From NCBI GenBank assembly GCA_963727485.1, contig CAVSGM010000002.1, forward strand, positions 1,184,001 to 1,248,000: 64,000 nucleotides of DNA, in the 5' to 3' direction. Source of the stretch: an uncultured delta proteobacterium. GTDB lineage: Bacteria > Myxococcota > Myxococcia > SLRQ01. The notes under the pieces are model-generated. The model searched no databases. It was not told where the DNA came from and was given only the letters and a program-made list of their open reading frames with translations. Of this stretch, positions 1 to 12,458 are shown piece by piece. Positions within the stretch are counted from its first letter, which is position 1. Each line of letters begins with the position of its first letter. Position numbers and translations under genes: made by a program.

Positions 1-1
1 G

Positions 2-169
2 GCGGACGAGGTTGGCCACGTCGGGGCCGAGGACCACGCCGGTGGCCAGGAGCAGCACGATGCCCGGCAGCCGCAGGTGCCGGGCGACGGCCTGGGCCAC
101 GATCCCGGCGGCGAGCGCCAGGGCGACGGTGAGGGCGGGGTGGCCGAGGGCGGCCGGGGCGTGCTCCAT
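2..169 (-). CDS. Cation:proton antiporter (CPA1/NhaP-like), 5' part; runs off the window start
   Basis: Not in the ORF track. Reverse complement from ATG at 169 reads MEHAPAALGHPALTVALALAAGIVAQAVARHLRLPGIVLLLATGVVLGPDVANLVR, the typical NhaP N-terminus (A..LRLP.IVLLL..G..LGP). Confidence 0.8.
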   Translation of the reverse strand, partial: MEHAPAALGHPALTVALALAAGIVAQAVARHLRLPGIVLLLATGVVLGPDVANLVR

Positions 170-220
170 CCCCTGCAAGGTAGGCCGCCCGGGGCGCCGG
201 GGCAGCCCGGGCGTGCCCGC

Positions 221-562
221 CTAGTGCCGGACCTCGGTCACGTCGAAGTAGAGGTGCAGGTCCGCCTCGCAGCGCAGGCACTCGGCGTGGGCCACCCGGA
301 GGGTGCCGTCGGGGCCCACCACGCTCCCCTCGGACAGGGGCACCAGGGTCCCGCCGCAGTGGCAGCGCACCCCGTGGAGCACCTGGTCGATCTCGTCGAA
401 GCGGGTGACGTGGACCGGGTTCTCCGGGGAGCGGCCCGGGGCGTCCTCCCAGGCCTTCTCCCGGGCCTTGCGGGCGAAGCGCCGGCCGAGGAGGAAGCCT
501 CCGGCGGCGACGGCCGAGAGGACCAACAGGCCCGGGACCACGGGAAGGCGGGACATCGACAT
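221..562 (-). CDS. Small membrane-anchored protein with putative zinc ribbon
   Basis: C-terminal part of ORF 221..1399: MSMSRLPVVPGLLVLSAVAAGGFLLGRR (one TM helix), then CHC...CLRC; GC3-rich codons. Confidence 0.7.
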   Translation of the reverse strand: MSMSRLPVVPGLLVLSAVAAGGFLLGRRFARKAREKAWEDAPGRSPENPVHVTRFDEIDQVLHGVRCHCGGTLVPLSEGSVVGPDGTLRVAHAECLRCEADLHLYFDVTEVRH

Positions 563-573
563 CGCCTGAAAGG

Positions 574-1356
574 TTAGCGCAACGCCCCGGTGAGGGCCAC
601 CCGGGCCGCCTTCAGGGCCCGGCCCACCGCCGGGCGGGCCTCGACCGGGAGGGGATCCTCCGCGGTGAGGGTCGCCTCGTCGAGGATCTCGGCCTGGTAG
701 GCCGCCAGGGCCGGCTGGGGATCCCCGGCGGCGTCCGCCTCGGCGGGGGGCGCGGCGAGGGCGGCGCGGAAGGCCTCGGGGCGCGCCGGCCCCACCCGCG
801 CCTCGCCGAAGGCCCGGCGGAAGGCCTCGTGGGCGATGACCAGCAGGCCCACGGCGATCTCCTCGGCCTCGGGGGGCGCGTCGGCGAGGTGGTCCCGGAC
901 CAGGTCGAGGAGCGCCCCCTGGCGGTTCTCCAGGCGATCCTCGGCCCGGCGGCGCACCTTCTCGTCGCCCTCCACCAGGGTCCGCGCCGCGAAGGTGACA
1001 TAGTCGCCGGGGATCTCGGTCCCGTCGACGGCGCCCTCGGGGGCCTCGGGGAGGGGCCGCGGGCCGGCGGGGGCGTCCTGGAGGACCGGGAGCGCGCCGG
1101 CGGGCCGGGCGGCCACCTGGTCCCAGAGGCCCAGGAGGTTCGCGTAGAGGCGCGAGGCGGCCTCGGCGTCGGGGAAGCGCGGCTCGGTCTCGAAGAGCAG
1201 CGGGAGGATCTCCCCGGCGGCGGTGTCCGGGTCCTCCTCGAGGGCGGCCTCGAACTCGAGACGGACCTCGGCCACGGTGAGCTCGCAGCCGGCGGACGCG
1301 AGGAGCGAGGCGAGGGTCTGGTCGCCCTCGAAGCGATGGGGGAGGTCGCGGCGCAT
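574..1356 (-). CDS. Hypothetical acidic helical protein
   Basis: Protein-like C-terminal part of ORF 574..2793, starting MRRDLPHRFEGDQTLASLL; ATG at 1356. Confidence 0.7.
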   Translation of the reverse strand: MRRDLPHRFEGDQTLASLLASAGCELTVAEVRLEFEAALEEDPDTAAGEILPLLFETEPRFPDAEAASRLYANLLGLWDQVAARPAGALPVLQDAPAGPRPLPEAPEGAVDGTEIPGDYVTFAARTLVEGDEKVRRRAEDRLENRQGALLDLVRDHLADAPPEAEEIAVGLLVIAHEAFRRAFGEARVGPARPEAFRAALAAPPAEADAAGDPQPALAAYQAEILDEATLTAEDPLPVEARPAVGRALKAARVALTGALR

Positions 1357-1404
1357 GGCGTGGGTGGCTATCCTGGTCCCCAGACCCCCGCGGGAGCAAG
1401 TGCC

Positions 1405-1965
1405 ATGGACACGGTGAGCATCGATACCGCCCGGCTCTGGATCTTCGTCTTCCGCGAAGGCGCCCTCTCGCCGGTGGGCCACGACCTGCGCCTCTCGGCG
1501 ACGGGCCTCGAGCTCGAGAGCGACGGGACGCGGTTTCGGGCGGCGGTGGACCTGTCCACCCTGCGGGTCGACGGGGTGATGCGCTCGGGGAAGCTCGACC
1601 CCCTCGGCCTCGACGAGGGGCAGAAGCACCAGGTCCTGGGGAACCTGCGCACCGGCGTGCTCCACCCCGACCAGCACCCCCACGCGGTCTTCGAGGGGGC
1701 GGTGACGAAGCGCGCCGGGGGCTTCGACCTCGCCGGCGACCTCGAGCTCGAGGGGCGGCGCCGGCCCCTGACGGTGCGCGTCCACGGGGGGCGGATCTGG
1801 CGCGGGGAGGTCACCCTCACCCCGAGCCAGTGGGGGGTGCGACCCTACCGGGCGATGCTCGGGGCGCTGCGCACCGCCGACCGGGTGGTGGTGCGCTTCG
1901 AGGTGGAGCCCCCGGCGGCGCTGCGGGCGGTCGCCGAGCCCGAGGCCGCCGCCGAGGCCTCGTAG
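1405..1965 (+). CDS. YceI-like lipid/polyisoprenoid-binding protein
   Basis: MDTVSIDTARLWIFVFREGALSPVGHDL...VLHPDQHPHAVF...AGDLELEG...SQWGVRPYRAMLGALRTADRVVVRFEV matches the YceI pattern. Confidence 0.75.
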   Translation: MDTVSIDTARLWIFVFREGALSPVGHDLRLSATGLELESDGTRFRAAVDLSTLRVDGVMRSGKLDPLGLDEGQKHQVLGNLRTGVLHPDQHPHAVFEGAVTKRAGGFDLAGDLELEGRRRPLTVRVHGGRIWRGEVTLTPSQWGVRPYRAMLGALRTADRVVVRFEVEPPAALRAVAEPEAAAEAS

Positions 1966-3506
1966 GCGGGCGCCCGGGCGGGCACCCGGCCGACCCCGAG
2001 CTCCGAGAGGGCGGCGTCGAGGCGGGGGATCACCGTCTCCCGGGTGTAGCGGACCATGTGGTGGCCCATCACCGCGTGGGCCACCAGGAACGGCAGGTGC
2101 CCGGGCTGCTCGGCGACGACCCGGCGCACCAGGCGCCGGTACCCGGGCCCGGCCCGGCGATCGAGGCCCACCCGGGCGGCCACCCGGAAGAAGGTCGCCA
2201 CGTCCTTGGCCATGGGCCGGCGCCGGCCGGGGACCGGGGGCGCCAGCGCCAGGTGACGCTCGACCCGCGCCCACCAGGCGTCCTCGGTGTAGAGCCCGGC
2301 GAGGAGGTCCCGGTAGCCGGCGATCAGGGTCGCCTCGTCCAGGGCCGGGGTGAAGTTGGGGCGGGCGAAGGCGTCGCCGGTGGCGGTGTCGGCGTCCTCG
2401 CGCAGGCGTCCCTCGGCGGCGAGGCGACGCCAGAGGGCGGTCCCCGGGAGCGCCGTGAGGATCCCCACCATGGCCAGGGGGATCGGCGACGCCTGGATGA
2501 AGCGCCGCTGGGCGGCGAAGACCTCGGGGCCGTCGGTGTCGAAGCCCACGATGAACCCGGACATCACCTCCAGGCCCGCGCGGCTGAGGTGCTCGACGGC
2601 GTCGCCGAGATCGAGGCCGAGGTTCTGGGTCTTGCCCGCGCACTTCAGCGACGCCTCCGACGGGGTCTCCAGGCCCACGAACACCGAGGAGAACCCGGCG
2701 CCGGTCATCGCCCGGAGGAGGGCGTCGTCGCCGGCGAGGTTGATGGTCGCCTCGGTGTAGAGCTCGAAGGGGTAGCCTTTGGCCGCCTGCCACCTGGTGA
2801 GCTCGGGGAGCAGGGCGCGCACCTGGGGCCGGTTGCCGATGAAGTTGTCGTCGACGAAGAACACCGAGCCCCGGTAGCCGGTGGCGTAGAGGGCCGTCAG
2901 CTCGGCGAGGACCTGCGCCGGGCGCTTCACCCGCGGCACCCGGCCGAAGATCTCGATGATGTCGCAGAACTCGCAGCGGTAGGGGCAGCCCCGCGAGTAC
3001 TGGAGGCTCATGGAGGCGTAGCGGCCCGGGACGAGGAGGTCGAAGCGGGGGATGGGGCTGGCGTCGATCCCCGGGTGGCCTTCGCCCTCGAGGCGCGCCG
3101 GGCCGCCTTGGCGCAGGGCGGCCATCAGCTCGGGGATGCGCCCCTCGGCCTCGCCCACGAAGACCACGTCGGCGTCGGCGAAGGCCTCGGGCGCGGTGGT
3201 CACCGCCGGGCCGCCGACGGCGACGCGCCGGCCCGCGGCCTTCGCCCGGGCGACCGCCCGGTGCATCGACGGCGCCTGGATCCGCATCCCCCCGACCAGG
3301 ACCACGTCGGCCCAGGCGAGGTCGGCGTCGGTGAGGGGCTCGGCGTTGAGGTCGACCAGGCGGCAGTCGACCTCCTGGGGGAGGAGCGCCGCCAGGGTGA
3401 GGAGCCCCAGCGGCGGCAGGGAGGCTCGCCGGCCCGCGAGCGGCAGGCCGAGCTGGAACCCCCAGTAGGTCACGGGGAAGGCCGGGTGGATCAGGAGGGC
3501 GCGCAT
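1845..3506 (-). CDS. B12-binding domain radical SAM protein (DUF4070-type)
   Basis: N-terminal PPLGLLTLAALLP cobalamin-binding domain; SRGCPYRCEFC (CxxxCxxC); VDDNFIGN; VFVGLET. The true end may be near 1962 (see findings). Confidence 0.92.
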   Translation of the reverse strand: MRALLIHPAFPVTYWGFQLGLPLAGRRASLPPLGLLTLAALLPQEVDCRLVDLNAEPLTDADLAWADVVLVGGMRIQAPSMHRAVARAKAAGRRVAVGGPAVTTAPEAFADADVVFVGEAEGRIPELMAALRQGGPARLEGEGHPGIDASPIPRFDLLVPGRYASMSLQYSRGCPYRCEFCDIIEIFGRVPRVKRPAQVLAELTALYATGYRGSVFFVDDNFIGNRPQVRALLPELTRWQAAKGYPFELYTEATINLAGDDALLRAMTGAGFSSVFVGLETPSEASLKCAGKTQNLGLDLGDAVEHLSRAGLEVMSGFIVGFDTDGPEVFAAQRRFIQASPIPLAMVGILTALPGTALWRRLAAEGRLREDADTATGDAFARPNFTPALDEATLIAGYRDLLAGLYTEDAWWARVERHLALAPPVPGRRRPMAKDVATFFRVAARVGLDRRAGPGYRRLVRRVVAEQPGHLPFLVAHAVMGHHMVRYTRETVIPRLDAALSELGVGRVPARAPAYEASAAASGSATARSAAGGSTSKRTTTRSAVRSAPSIAR

Positions 3507-3539
3507 GCCCCGAAGATGGATCTCACCCTGGGGCGCGGC

Positions 3540-3557
3540 TCGTCACGGGTCTGTCAT
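3540..3557. promoter_or_regulatory. Possible OmpR/PhoB-family direct-repeat box upstream of the radical SAM gene
   Basis: GTCAC (3542) and GTCAT (3553) repeat at an 11-bp period: tcGTCACgggtCTGTCAT, resembling the Pho box CTGTCAT-N4-CTGTCAY. Confidence 0.3.
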
Positions 3558-3609
3558 CAGGTGAGGACACTGACGCGGCGCGGCATCCCCGAGCCGAGGG
3601 GCCGCCGGT

Positions 3610-7311
<3,702 letters not shown>

Positions 7312-7395
7312 CGAGAGCCTTTCGTGAAGGCCCGCCGCGCGCGACGGACCCCGTGGCCTTGAGAGCCAGGGGATCGGATCGCGGATCGGCCGCGG

Positions 7396-7472
7396 CTCTT
7401 TAGCAGGAACTTCTTCAGCGTCCCCGCTGGGGGGACCCCGCGCCCCTGCAAGCAGCCACAAATCGGCGCGGG
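7396..7472 (-). ncRNA. SAM-II-class riboswitch aptamer in the metH leader
   Basis: Minus strand reads CCCGCGCC-GATTTG-TGGCTGC-TTGCAGG-GGCGCGGG...CCTGCTAAAGAG. P1 is CCCGCGCC/GGCGCGGG; the conserved GAUUU, UUGC and GCUAAA motifs are present; pseudoknot GCAGG/CCTGC. It sits upstream of a methionine gene. Confidence 0.8.
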
Positions 7473-7502
7473 TGTATTCGTCTTGGGACCTACGATAGCG
7501 GG

Positions 7503-8053
7503 ATGCGGTCCCCAGTCAAGGCGGACGGGCCCCCGCCGCCCGGCGAGGCCCCGGGGCGCTGGCGCGGCTGGCGCTTCGGCCTCGCCGTCGCCGCCCTCAC
7601 CGGCGCCGGCCTCTTCCTGCGCCTGGTGTTCCTCGACCAGAACCCCCTCTGGTACGACGAGGCCTACACCTTCTACCTGGCCCACCAGGCGACCCTCGCC
7701 GCGCCGACTACCGGGCCGCGGTGCCGGTCCTCGAGGCGAGGCGCCGCCTCACAGAGCCGGTGCTCGTCTACCCCGGCCACCACCTGCGCCAGCTCGACTT
7801 CTACGGCCCCATCGCCTCGGCGGTGCCCCTGTGGAGCTCCGAGCCCACGCAGGACGCGGCGCGGATCGCCATCCGCCAAGGCGAGGTGCTCTGGCTGTTC
7901 GCCGCCACCGACGACGGGGGCGACCCCCAGGACGCAAAGCGGGTGCTCGAGGTCCTCGAGCGCCGCGCCCGGGTGACCTTCCACCAGGCGTTCTTCCACG
8001 TGACGCTCTACCGGCTGGTGGGCCGCCGCGGGCCGGCGGGATCGGCCGGCTGA
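7503..8053 (+). pseudogene. GT-C (ArnT/PMT, GT39-like) glycosyltransferase with a large internal deletion
   Basis: N-terminal TM plus LRLVFLDQNPLWYDEAYT motif joined out of frame near 7700 to a C-terminal ADYRAAVPVL...VLVYP...LWLF...VTLYRL segment; the multi-TM core is missing. Confidence 0.7.
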
Positions 8054-8353
8054 GGCGGCGGCGAACCCGGCGCCGCGGCCGATGGCGGTGTAGCGCTTGC
8101 AGGCCGCGGTCCCGAGGCTTCCGACCACCACCTCGTCCAGGTGGATCCCCACGCCGATCGACACCGGGCCCACCCCCTCGGGCCGGAAGTCGCGCACCTT
8201 GTCGAGGAGCGCCAGGGCGCAGGCCACCCCGAACTGGAGCTGGGTCGGGAGGACCACCGCCGTCCCCGCCCCGAAGATCGCGACGGCGCGCGCCATGACG
8301 ACCCGGTCGGAGAGCGCCTCCGGGCGCGGGTCGGTGCCGGTCCTGGCCGTCAC
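8054..8353 (-). pseudogene. Class III adenylate/guanylate cyclase fragment
   Basis: ACALALL...VSIGVGIHLDEVVVGSLGTAACKRYTAIG resembles the cyclase core (IGIH.G.VVVG..G...YT.IG). The first catalytic half and the N..ARL motif are absent. Confidence 0.7.
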
Positions 8354-8386
8354 GGTGGACGGCCAGGGTAGGACGGGGCGGGTTGG

Positions 8387-10309
8387 CTACGGACAGGTGC
8401 CGTCGGCGTGCTTGGGCGTGGTCTGCTGCGCGAACCCCGGCGCGGCCTCGATGGTGTTGCCGCTGGTGAAGTCCGGGCCCGAGCTGTCGGAGCTCCAGCC
8501 GCGGACGACCCCATTGCCCCCGGAGGCGACGATCTCCGAGTTCACCAGGATCGACGCGTCGGGGCGCCACCCCTGGATGAGCAGGGCGCCGTCCTCGGGG
8601 TTGCCGTCGTAGCAGTCGTAGCCCTCGGAGCTGCTGTCGCCCCCGGCATAGGCGATGCGCACCCCGGTGAGCAGGTGCGAGCCGAGGGCGGCGTCGTGGA
8701 TGAGCTGCACCCCCACCCAGTCGCCGGGCGCCGGGGCGGCCTCGGCGGAGGTGAGCACCACCTGGCCGGCGCCGCCGTTGACCTGCAGGTGCCCGCCGCC
8801 GGTGTAGCCCACCCGCAGGCGGCTGCCGGCGGGGAACTGGAGCTCGGTCCCCGCCTCCAGGGTGAGGGTGGGCATCGGCCGGGTGGGGTCGATGCCGCGG
8901 TCCACCGAGAGCAGGCTGGTGAGCCGGTAGGGCACCCCGTGATCGGTGAGGGTGAGGCTCTGGTGGAGGCCCTGGTTGGAGTCGATCACGATGGCGTCGG
9001 CGGCGTTGCCGGTGTAGGTGCCGTCGGGGAGGGTGCCGGCGCTCTCGGCATCGATGCGCAGGGGGTACGGCGGCGCCCCGCTGTCGGCGCCGCAGCCGGT
9101 GATGGTGAGGTCGGTGCTGTCGGCGCTGAAGGTGGCGAACGCGCGCACCATCACCCCGTGCCCCGCCGAGTTCCGGACGGTGACGTGGCGGGTGGCGAGG
9201 AGCGGCTCGAGGGGCTCGGCGTCGTCTCCGTCGGCGATGAGGCTCGCCCCGGCGTAGGTGAGGACGTTCTCGCCCCCGCCGTCGAGGGTGGTCCAGTCGA
9301 GGGAGATGGTCCCCGGGCTCTGGGTGCGCACGAAGCCCCAGGGGTCGGCGTCCCCGCGCTCGAAGCGCACCGGCGCCGCCTGGGTGCCCAGGGTGACGAG
9401 GTGGCCGGCCTGGGTGCTGCTGCCGATCTTCAGGGTGACCTTGGCGGGCATCTGCAGGGTGACGCCCGGGCCCAGGGTGAGGGTGGGCGCCGGGCCGCCC
9501 ACGGTGGGCGCCCAGACGAGGAGCGTGCCGCCGGCGGTCCCGACGCGGTAGGGCACGCCGGGATCGTCGAGGCGCAGGTCGGCCTCGAGGGGATCGCTGG
9601 TGACGAGGGCGACGGCGTCCCGGGCGTTTCCGGTGTAGGTGCCCTGCGGCAGGGTGCCGGCGACCTGGACCGGCAGCAGGACCGGGTCGGGGTGGGCGGC
9701 GTCGGTGGCGCCGCTGCCGGTGATGGTCAGGGCGGCGCTGCCTTCGGCGAAGGCGGCGAGGTGGCGCACCATCATCCCGTAGCCGGCGCTGCCGGTGAGG
9801 GTGAGGTGGTCGGCCTTCAGCACCGGGGCCGCCGGCGGGGGCGTGGGGCCGGAGAGGATGAGGGTGGCCCCGGCGTCGCCGCTCTGGCGGCCGCCGCCGC
9901 CCTCGAGGGTCACGTAGGCGAGGCGGGCCCGGCCGGGATCGTCGACCAGGAGGTTCCCCCAGGGGTCGGCGCCGTCCCGGCGGAAGGTGATGGCGTGGTC
10001 GGCGTCGCCCTCGGCGACCAGGGTGGCGCCGGCGCCGTTCACCACCAGGCGCACCCCGGCGGCCAGCCGCACCTCGCTGCACCGCTCCACGGTGAGGGTG
10101 ACCCCGTCACCGAGGGTGAGGTTCCGGGTGATCACATGCGGCGAGGCGGCGGCCTTCCAGGTCTCGCTCGCCGAGAGGGTGCCCCCGTGCTCGGTGGGCC
10201 CGGTGGTGGTCTTGGGGCACGCCCCGGTGACCGGCGGGTTGGGGTTGCTGGTGCAGGCGGCCAGACCGGTCGCCAGGATCAGGGTACACAGGCTCCTCGT
10301 GTGTCGCAT
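8387..10309 (-). CDS. Secreted lipoprotein with three internal beta-helix-like repeats
   Basis: Lipobox GLAAC. Repeated units LVAEG...ITF...DPWG...TLEGGG, TLGT..PVRF...DPWG...TLDGGG and VNG...VVLTS...GDWVG...IAYAGG; also GTLP.GTYTGNA twice. Confidence 0.85.
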   Translation of the reverse strand: MRHTRSLCTLILATGLAACTSNPNPPVTGACPKTTTGPTEHGGTLSASETWKAAASPHVITRNLTLGDGVTLTVERCSEVRLAAGVRLVVNGAGATLVAEGDADHAITFRRDGADPWGNLLVDDPGRARLAYVTLEGGGGRQSGDAGATLILSGPTPPPAAPVLKADHLTLTGSAGYGMMVRHLAAFAEGSAALTITGSGATDAAHPDPVLLPVQVAGTLPQGTYTGNARDAVALVTSDPLEADLRLDDPGVPYRVGTAGGTLLVWAPTVGGPAPTLTLGPGVTLQMPAKVTLKIGSSTQAGHLVTLGTQAAPVRFERGDADPWGFVRTQSPGTISLDWTTLDGGGENVLTYAGASLIADGDDAEPLEPLLATRHVTVRNSAGHGVMVRAFATFSADSTDLTITGCGADSGAPPYPLRIDAESAGTLPDGTYTGNAADAIVIDSNQGLHQSLTLTDHGVPYRLTSLLSVDRGIDPTRPMPTLTLEAGTELQFPAGSRLRVGYTGGGHLQVNGGAGQVVLTSAEAAPAPGDWVGVQLIHDAALGSHLLTGVRIAYAGGDSSSEGYDCYDGNPEDGALLIQGWRPDASILVNSEIVASGGNGVVRGWSSDSSGPDFTSGNTIEAAPGFAQQTTPKHADGTCP

Positions 10310-10381
10310 CGGTTCCTCCCCCGTTGTCCGCGAGGGCGCCGGCAGAGGGTGCGCCGGTGCCGCGGGTGGCCGTCGAGGCAG

Positions 10382-10397
10382 TGCAACCCCCGGGCCG
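10382..10397 (-). promoter_or_regulatory. Putative sigma54 -24/-12 promoter for the 640-aa lipoprotein
   Basis: Minus strand CGGCCCGGGGGTTGCA has GG-N10-GC with TTGCA at -12, about 70 nt upstream of the ATG (RBS GGAGG). Confidence 0.45.
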
Positions 10398-10520
10398 TGC
10401 GCGCCCCACGGTGGATTCCTGGGAGCTTGCAGCCGGGGGCCTGGGGAGGCCCGCGCAAGGGTCGTTCCCCTCGCTTGGGGGGATCCCGCCCCCCACGCAA
10501 ACTCCGCTGCGGGTCCAGTC

Positions 10521-11825
10521 CTAGGGCCGCGCCGGCATCGCCGAGAGCACCTTCGCCGCCAGCTCGGGCGGCAGGTTCACCGTCACCGCGAGCGCCGTCG
10601 GCCCCAGGCGCCGGCTGACCACCTCGGGGTGCGCGGCGTGGGCCGCCGCCAGCAGCCCCGCCACCCGGGCGCCGCTCGCCGCGTCGTCGAAGCGGAGCGA
10701 CCACACCACCCCCGGCGCGCCGTCCCCGTCGCGCAGCACCCGGTACGTGTCGCCGCCCCACCCCGCCCCGGGATCCCCGGTGGGCCCGCCGGCGAGATGG
10801 CCGAGGAACACGTCGAGGCCGAGCTCACCGAGGGTCCCATGGGTCACCTCGCGCCACCCGGCGTCCGTAGCCGCCTTCACCGCCGGCACCGGCACCGCCT
10901 GGCCGCCCTCCCCGGCGAGATACTTGTCCGGGTGGAGGATCTGCTCGGTGGTCGCGGGCGGGTTCGCGAAGGCGTGGTCCACCTCGGCGTAGCCCCCGTG
11001 GTGGTAGAGGGCGTCGATGAAGATCATCCCGTCGACGTAGGCGGACAGGAGCGTGTCCCGCAGGTAGCGCGGCGCCGCCGCCAGGGCCCGGTTCTCCGGC
11101 GAGCGCATCCCCGCCTGCACCTGCCGCTTGATCACCGCGAGATTGGGCAGCTGCCACACGTGGACCGAGGCGGTCCGCGAGAGCATGTCGTCGTACATGG
11201 CGAAGGTGGCGTCGCCCTCGACCAGGGCCTGGTGGGCGTTGCCGCCGTCCTCGGAGAGCGACGGGTCCATGAGCTGCTTCAGGCCGAAGTGCTGGTCCTG
11301 GAGGGCGTGGACCATCTCGTGGAGGAGGAAGACCTGCTGGTCCGGGGAGCCGTCGCCGCCGATGACCAGCAGCGTCCGGTCGCGCCAGTCGTAGAGCCCG
11401 CGGGCCTGCTCGTCCATCACCGAGGTGACCACCTTCTCCAGGTCGACGCCGGGCGCGAGCAACCCGAAGGCCTGGAGCATCGCCGCCTCCTCGGCGAGCT
11501 TGCCGGTGGCGATCTCGTCCCGGAGATCCCGGTGGACGATCCAGGTGACCATCGCCGGCCCGGCCTCGGCGGCGTGCACCGGGTGGAGGAAGGCCAGGTG
11601 GCGCACCGCCGCGGCGCGCTTCGTCACCTCGGCGACCATGGCCGCGTCCTTGCCGGTCAGGGGCCGGCTCGGAGGCCGCGGGGGCAGCGGGGGCAGGGCG
11701 GCGCGCTTGGGCGCCGCGGCGGCCCGGGGCCCCTCGGGGGAGGCGGTGGCGCAGCCGCCGGCGAGGAGGAGCGCCGCGGCGAGGGCGGCGAGGGGCGAGG
11801 AGGCCAGGCGGGCGCGTGCGGGCAT
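10521..11825 (-). CDS. Lipoprotein, putative zinc metallopeptidase (HExxH; Hvo_1808-like)
   Basis: Lipobox LAGGC; HEMVHALQDQHF; ALVEGDA; PPATTEQILHPDKY; GWGGD. Confidence 0.85.
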   Translation of the reverse strand: MPARARLASSPLAALAAALLLAGGCATASPEGPRAAAAPKRAALPPLPPRPPSRPLTGKDAAMVAEVTKRAAAVRHLAFLHPVHAAEAGPAMVTWIVHRDLRDEIATGKLAEEAAMLQAFGLLAPGVDLEKVVTSVMDEQARGLYDWRDRTLLVIGGDGSPDQQVFLLHEMVHALQDQHFGLKQLMDPSLSEDGGNAHQALVEGDATFAMYDDMLSRTASVHVWQLPNLAVIKRQVQAGMRSPENRALAAAPRYLRDTLLSAYVDGMIFIDALYHHGGYAEVDHAFANPPATTEQILHPDKYLAGEGGQAVPVPAVKAATDAGWREVTHGTLGELGLDVFLGHLAGGPTGDPGAGWGGDTYRVLRDGDGAPGVVWSLRFDDAASGARVAGLLAAAHAAHPEVVSRRLGPTALAVTVNLPPELAAKVLSAMPARP

Positions 11826-11998
11826 CACCCGGCGACGCTACCCGTGCCCGCGGCCACGAGGCAATGGCGCGACCGGGGGACGCGCCGCCTCCGGTCGCCG
11901 GACAAGCGACGGGCCGCGACCACCCGGCCACGACCCGCCGTGCGAAGCCCGACCGTGTCCGATCAGGCGCGGGCCCCGACCATCGGGGCCCCGATCTC

Positions 11999-12394
11999 TC
12001 AGGTTCTCGCCCGCGCGTGGGAGAAGGGGCTGTCCGCCCAGCGGGTGATGGCGACCACGGCGAGCAGCGCCATGAGGCCGATGGGCACCAGGGCCATCAC
12101 CGGGTTCCCGCGGAACACATGGGTGTAGATGGCGCCGAGGAGCAGCCCCCCGAGGCCCAGGGCCACGAGGGAGGCGGCGCGGCGCCACATGAGGAACGCG
12201 CCCCCGACCAGCTCGGCCATCCCGACGGCGAGCTGGAAGGCGTGGGAGTAGTCCCAGCCCTGGAAGGTGACGGTCCACTCCTCGATGCCGGCGAGCTTGA
12301 AGAGCCCGGCGAAGATGAACACCGCGCCCAGGAAGCCGGTGAGGATCTCCAGGGCGCGCTCGGGGCGGGACTTCTCGATCTTGGCGACGGTCAT
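11999..12394 (-). CDS. DoxX family membrane protein
   Basis: FIFAGLFKL...F..W.Y...[10 protein letters not shown]...LLGAIYTH; four TM helices. Confidence 0.85.
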   Translation of the reverse strand: MTVAKIEKSRPERALEILTGFLGAVFIFAGLFKLAGIEEWTVTFQGWDYSHAFQLAVGMAELVGGAFLMWRRAASLVALGLGGLLLGAIYTHVFRGNPVMALVPIGLMALLAVVAITRWADSPFSHARART

Positions 12395-12458
12395 GGGGGA
12401 CTCCTCGTTGGGCTTGAAAGCTAGGCACGCCGCCTTGGGGGTGCTAGAGGCAGGACCC

